A DNA stretch of 64,000 nt from the NCBI RefSeq assembly GCF_009914755.1, contig NC_060930.1; one strand, written 5' to 3'. The notes below the pieces were generated by a model. The model worked only from the letters and a program-made list of their open reading frames with translations, had not been told where the DNA came from and ran no database searches. This DNA comes from the human T2T-CHM13v2.0 reference genome, Homo sapiens. This document shows, piece after piece, positions 59,190-64,000 of the stretch. How positions within the stretch are numbered: position 1 is the stretch's first letter; each line of letters opens with the position of its first letter. Both the position numbers and the translations under genes were made by a program.

Positions 59190-59675
59190 GTTTTCGTTAG
59201 CTCTTGCTGCATAATAAATCACCCCAAAATTCAATGACATAAACTGAGTAACAATAAGCATTTGTTATTACCCTCTAGTCTACAGGCTATGGGGGAGTTC
59301 TTTGGATCTCTGTTGGGTTCATATGTGCATCTGCAGTCAATTTGCTGCACTGGGCTAGGCTCTTCTCATCTGTGTGGGGCCAGCTGGCTGTATGCAGCCT
59401 AGGATGCTCTCTTGGCTTTTGTCCTTTTTGTGTTCTCTCCTCCTCCAGCAGGCTAGCCGAGGTATTGCAAAAGAGTGAACAGAAGCATGCAAAGCCTCTT
59501 GAGACCTAAGTTCAGAACTTGAAAACTGTGACTTTTGCTTCATTCTGTTGGCCGTGGTAAAGTTGAGCCATGGTAAAGAATAGACTCCACGTCACAATGC
59601 AAGAGCTGGAAAGTTGCAATCCAAAGGATATGGACAAGGAGGCAAGAACAATTGCAGCCATTACTATAATCAGAT
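59190..59675 (-). mobile_element. MLT1-type MaLR LTR
   Basis: tcttgctgcataataaatcaccccaaaa, cctccagcaggctagcc, cattctgttggcc. Confidence 0.7.
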
Positions 59676-59991
59676 GACCCCTCACCCCACATAGGCCTTC
59701 TTCAATTCTCCAGTGGGTTTTAAATTATCATAATTTAGTTCTAGAGAATTTTTTAGTTAATCCAAGTAAACATCTTTAAATAACCCAAACATTTTTAAAT
59801 AATGAATGCTTGGGAACAAAAGGGTGAGTGGCAACATTGTATTTAAATCAGTATTGGTCACAGTGATCAAGATCTCACACATCAAAAATGATATCCTTTA
59901 TGTGATACACAGGGTTATGTAAGATGATTTGGCAGCATCGATATGTAGTTTGGTGAAAACATTCATTATATTTCTGTATATTATATAATCA

Positions 59992-60319
<328 letters not shown>

Positions 60320-60387
60320 TATATATATACATGAAATATTGAATTTGAATAAAACTATCAAATAAAATGTTTTCAAATTTGTAATGA

Positions 60388-60744
<357 letters not shown>

Positions 60745-60795
60745 TGAAATGGGATAAATGAAATTCCTGATTAAGACTTTTAAAATTTTAATCCA

Positions 60796-61093
60796 GGCCA
60801 GGCATGGTTGCTTATGCCTGTAATCCCAGTTCTTTGGGAGGCCAAGGTGTTTGGGATTGCTTGAGCCCAGCATTTTGAGACCAGCCTTGGCAGCATAGCA
60901 AGACCTCATCTCTACCAAAAAAAAAAAAAAAAAAAAAGCTGGGCTCCATTGGTAGGTGCAGCACACCTGTAGTTCTAGCTACTCAGGAGCTAAGGTGGGA
61001 GGATCACTTGAGCCCAGGAGGTCAAGGCTGCAGTGAGCTGAGATCACGCCACTGCACTCCAGTCTGGGCAAAAGAGCTAGAGCTAGATCCTGT
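60796..61093 (+). mobile_element. AluJ with an expanded middle A tract
   Basis: Alu consensus. Confidence 0.92.
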
Positions 61094-61504
61094 CCCCATC
61101 ACCCCCAAAAAAACCTGAAGAAAATTTGAAGAGGAATTTTTTTAAAAAAATAATAGATTCAGGGGGTACATGCACAGGTTTGTTACATGGGTGTATTGTA
61201 TAATGCTGGGATTTGGGCTGCTAGGGTGCTTGTCATCTGAATAGTGAACATAGTGACCAATAGGTAATTTTTCTAACCCTTGCCCCCTTTTCTTGCTCCC
61301 TGCTTTTGGGGTCCCTAGTGTCTATTTTTTCATCTTTATGTCCATGTGTACCCATTGTTTAGCTCTCATTTACAAGTGAGAACATGCAGTATTTGGTTTT
61401 CTGTTTTTTTGTTAATTTGCTTAGGATAATGGCCTCCAGCTGCATCCATGTTGCTGCAAAGAACATGATTTCATTCTTTTTTATGGCTGTGTAGTATTCC
61501 ATGG

Positions 61505-61511
61505 TGCGTGC

Positions 61512-61561
<50 letters not shown>
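61505..61561. repeat. (GTGC)n(TG)n microsatellite
   Basis: Read directly. Confidence 0.95.
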
Positions 61562-61563
<2 letters not shown>

Positions 61564-61574
61564 ATATACGTATA

Positions 61575-61837
61575 CCTGATCTCAGGTGATCTGCCTGCCT
61601 CGGCCTCCCAAAGTGCTGGGACTACAGGCATGAACCACCGTGCCCAGCCGATATATTTCAAAATATATTTGTAAGTTTATTTTTCTTCTCATGATTATAT
61701 AATATACAGAAATATAATGAATGTTTTTCACCAAACTACATATCGATGCTGCCAAATCATCTTATATAACCCTGTGTATCACACAAAGGATATCATTTTT
61801 GATGTGTGACATCTTGATCAATGTGACCAATACTGAT
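61575..61837 (-). repeat. Inverted copy of 59847-60108
   Basis: Manual alignment: about 7 substitutions and 1 indel in 262 bp. Confidence 0.95.
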
Positions 61838-62219
61838 ATATATACATATATATTTACACACACACACACATACATTTTCTTTATCCAGTCCACCATTGAT
61901 GGACACTTAGATTGCTTCCATGCCTTTGTTGTGAATAGTGCTATTATAAACGTGAATGCAGGTGTCTTTTTGATAAACGTGAGTGCAGGTGTCTTTTGCA
62001 CTACCCTTTGGGTAGATACCCAGTAGTGGGATTGCTGGGTTGAATAGTAGTTCTATTTTTAGTTCTTTGAGAAATCTCCATACTGTTTCCATGGGGGTTG
62101 AACTAATTTGCATTCCCACCAACAGTGTATAAGCATTCCCTTTTCTCCACATTCCTCACCCACATCTGCTATTTTTTGGCTTTTTAGTAATAGTCATTCT
62201 GACTTGTGTGAGATGATAG

Positions 62220-62643
<424 letters not shown>

Positions 62644-62794
62644 GAAGAGAAATTTTTGATAGTTACCATCTATGTGAACAAGAATCCTCATTCATACAAG
62701 GAGACATTAAGAAGTTTTGTATTTTCAGTAATGGTTGACTCTCTGTAATTTGCACCACATTTTTTGTTAGGGCAATGAAGGAAGCTAGATGAAA

Positions 62795-63120
62795 TTAGTA
62801 GTAGGATAGGCTAACTGCTGCAACAAATAACCCCCAAATTAGAGGATTAATAAACAAACATGTATTTCTTGATCATATTACTGTCCAATGCAGGCTGACA
62901 AGGAAATGTAGCTCCATGCAGTCCTTCATGGACTCAGACTTCATCTCTCCTTTAAGTCCTTAGAGTCCTCTCTATTCACCTGCAGATGAGGAAAAGAAGG
63001 AAGATTCTGTGTAGAGTGTTTTTATGGGCTAGACCTTGAAGTGATCATATTACTGTCTCTCTCACTCCCTGGTCTGAACTTGATCACACAGCCACACTTA
63101 AATCTAAGGGAGGCTGGGCA
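62795..63120 (-). mobile_element. MLT1-type MaLR LTR fragment
   Basis: aggataggctaactgctgcaacaaataacccccaaa and aagggaggctggg. Confidence 0.6.
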
Positions 63121-63126
63121 ATAATA

Positions 63127-64000
<874 letters not shown>

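Overview
This is primate (very probably human) genomic DNA lying entirely inside the + strand AFG1L (LACE1) gene, which encodes a mitochondrial AFG1-family ATPase. Only three short coding exons are present: 8559-8641, 38200-38270 and 38527-38627. They splice in frame to give EYCNTVQLDSGIDYRKRELPAAGKLYYLTSEADVEAVMDKLFDELAQKQNDLTRPRILKVQGRELRLNKACGTVADCTFEELCER. The rest is intron, dense in repeats: about 30 Alus, young and old L1s, Tigger1, Tigger3, Charlie and MER81 DNA transposons, MaLR/ERV LTRs, MIR/L2, microsatellites and a 3'-truncated U2 snRNA pseudogene. Nearly all ORFs in the supplied track are repeat-derived or chance. I found no convincing new multi-gene system. The most interesting observations are: (1) the three exons form a stop-free 255-nt phase 0-0 module with a strong-context ATG, bracketed by inverted Alus (a candidate endless-ORF circRNA); (2) a frame-compensating tandem donor/acceptor pair on the 256-bp intron; (3) a 262-bp locally templated inverted insertion inside an L1 microsatellite, plus other template-switch scars; (4) an L1 with an inverted poly(A) at its 5' end; (5) a 46-bp orphan retroposed insert with a perfect target-site duplication (TSD). 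Repeat subfamily names are from recognition by eye and repeat boundaries are approximate.
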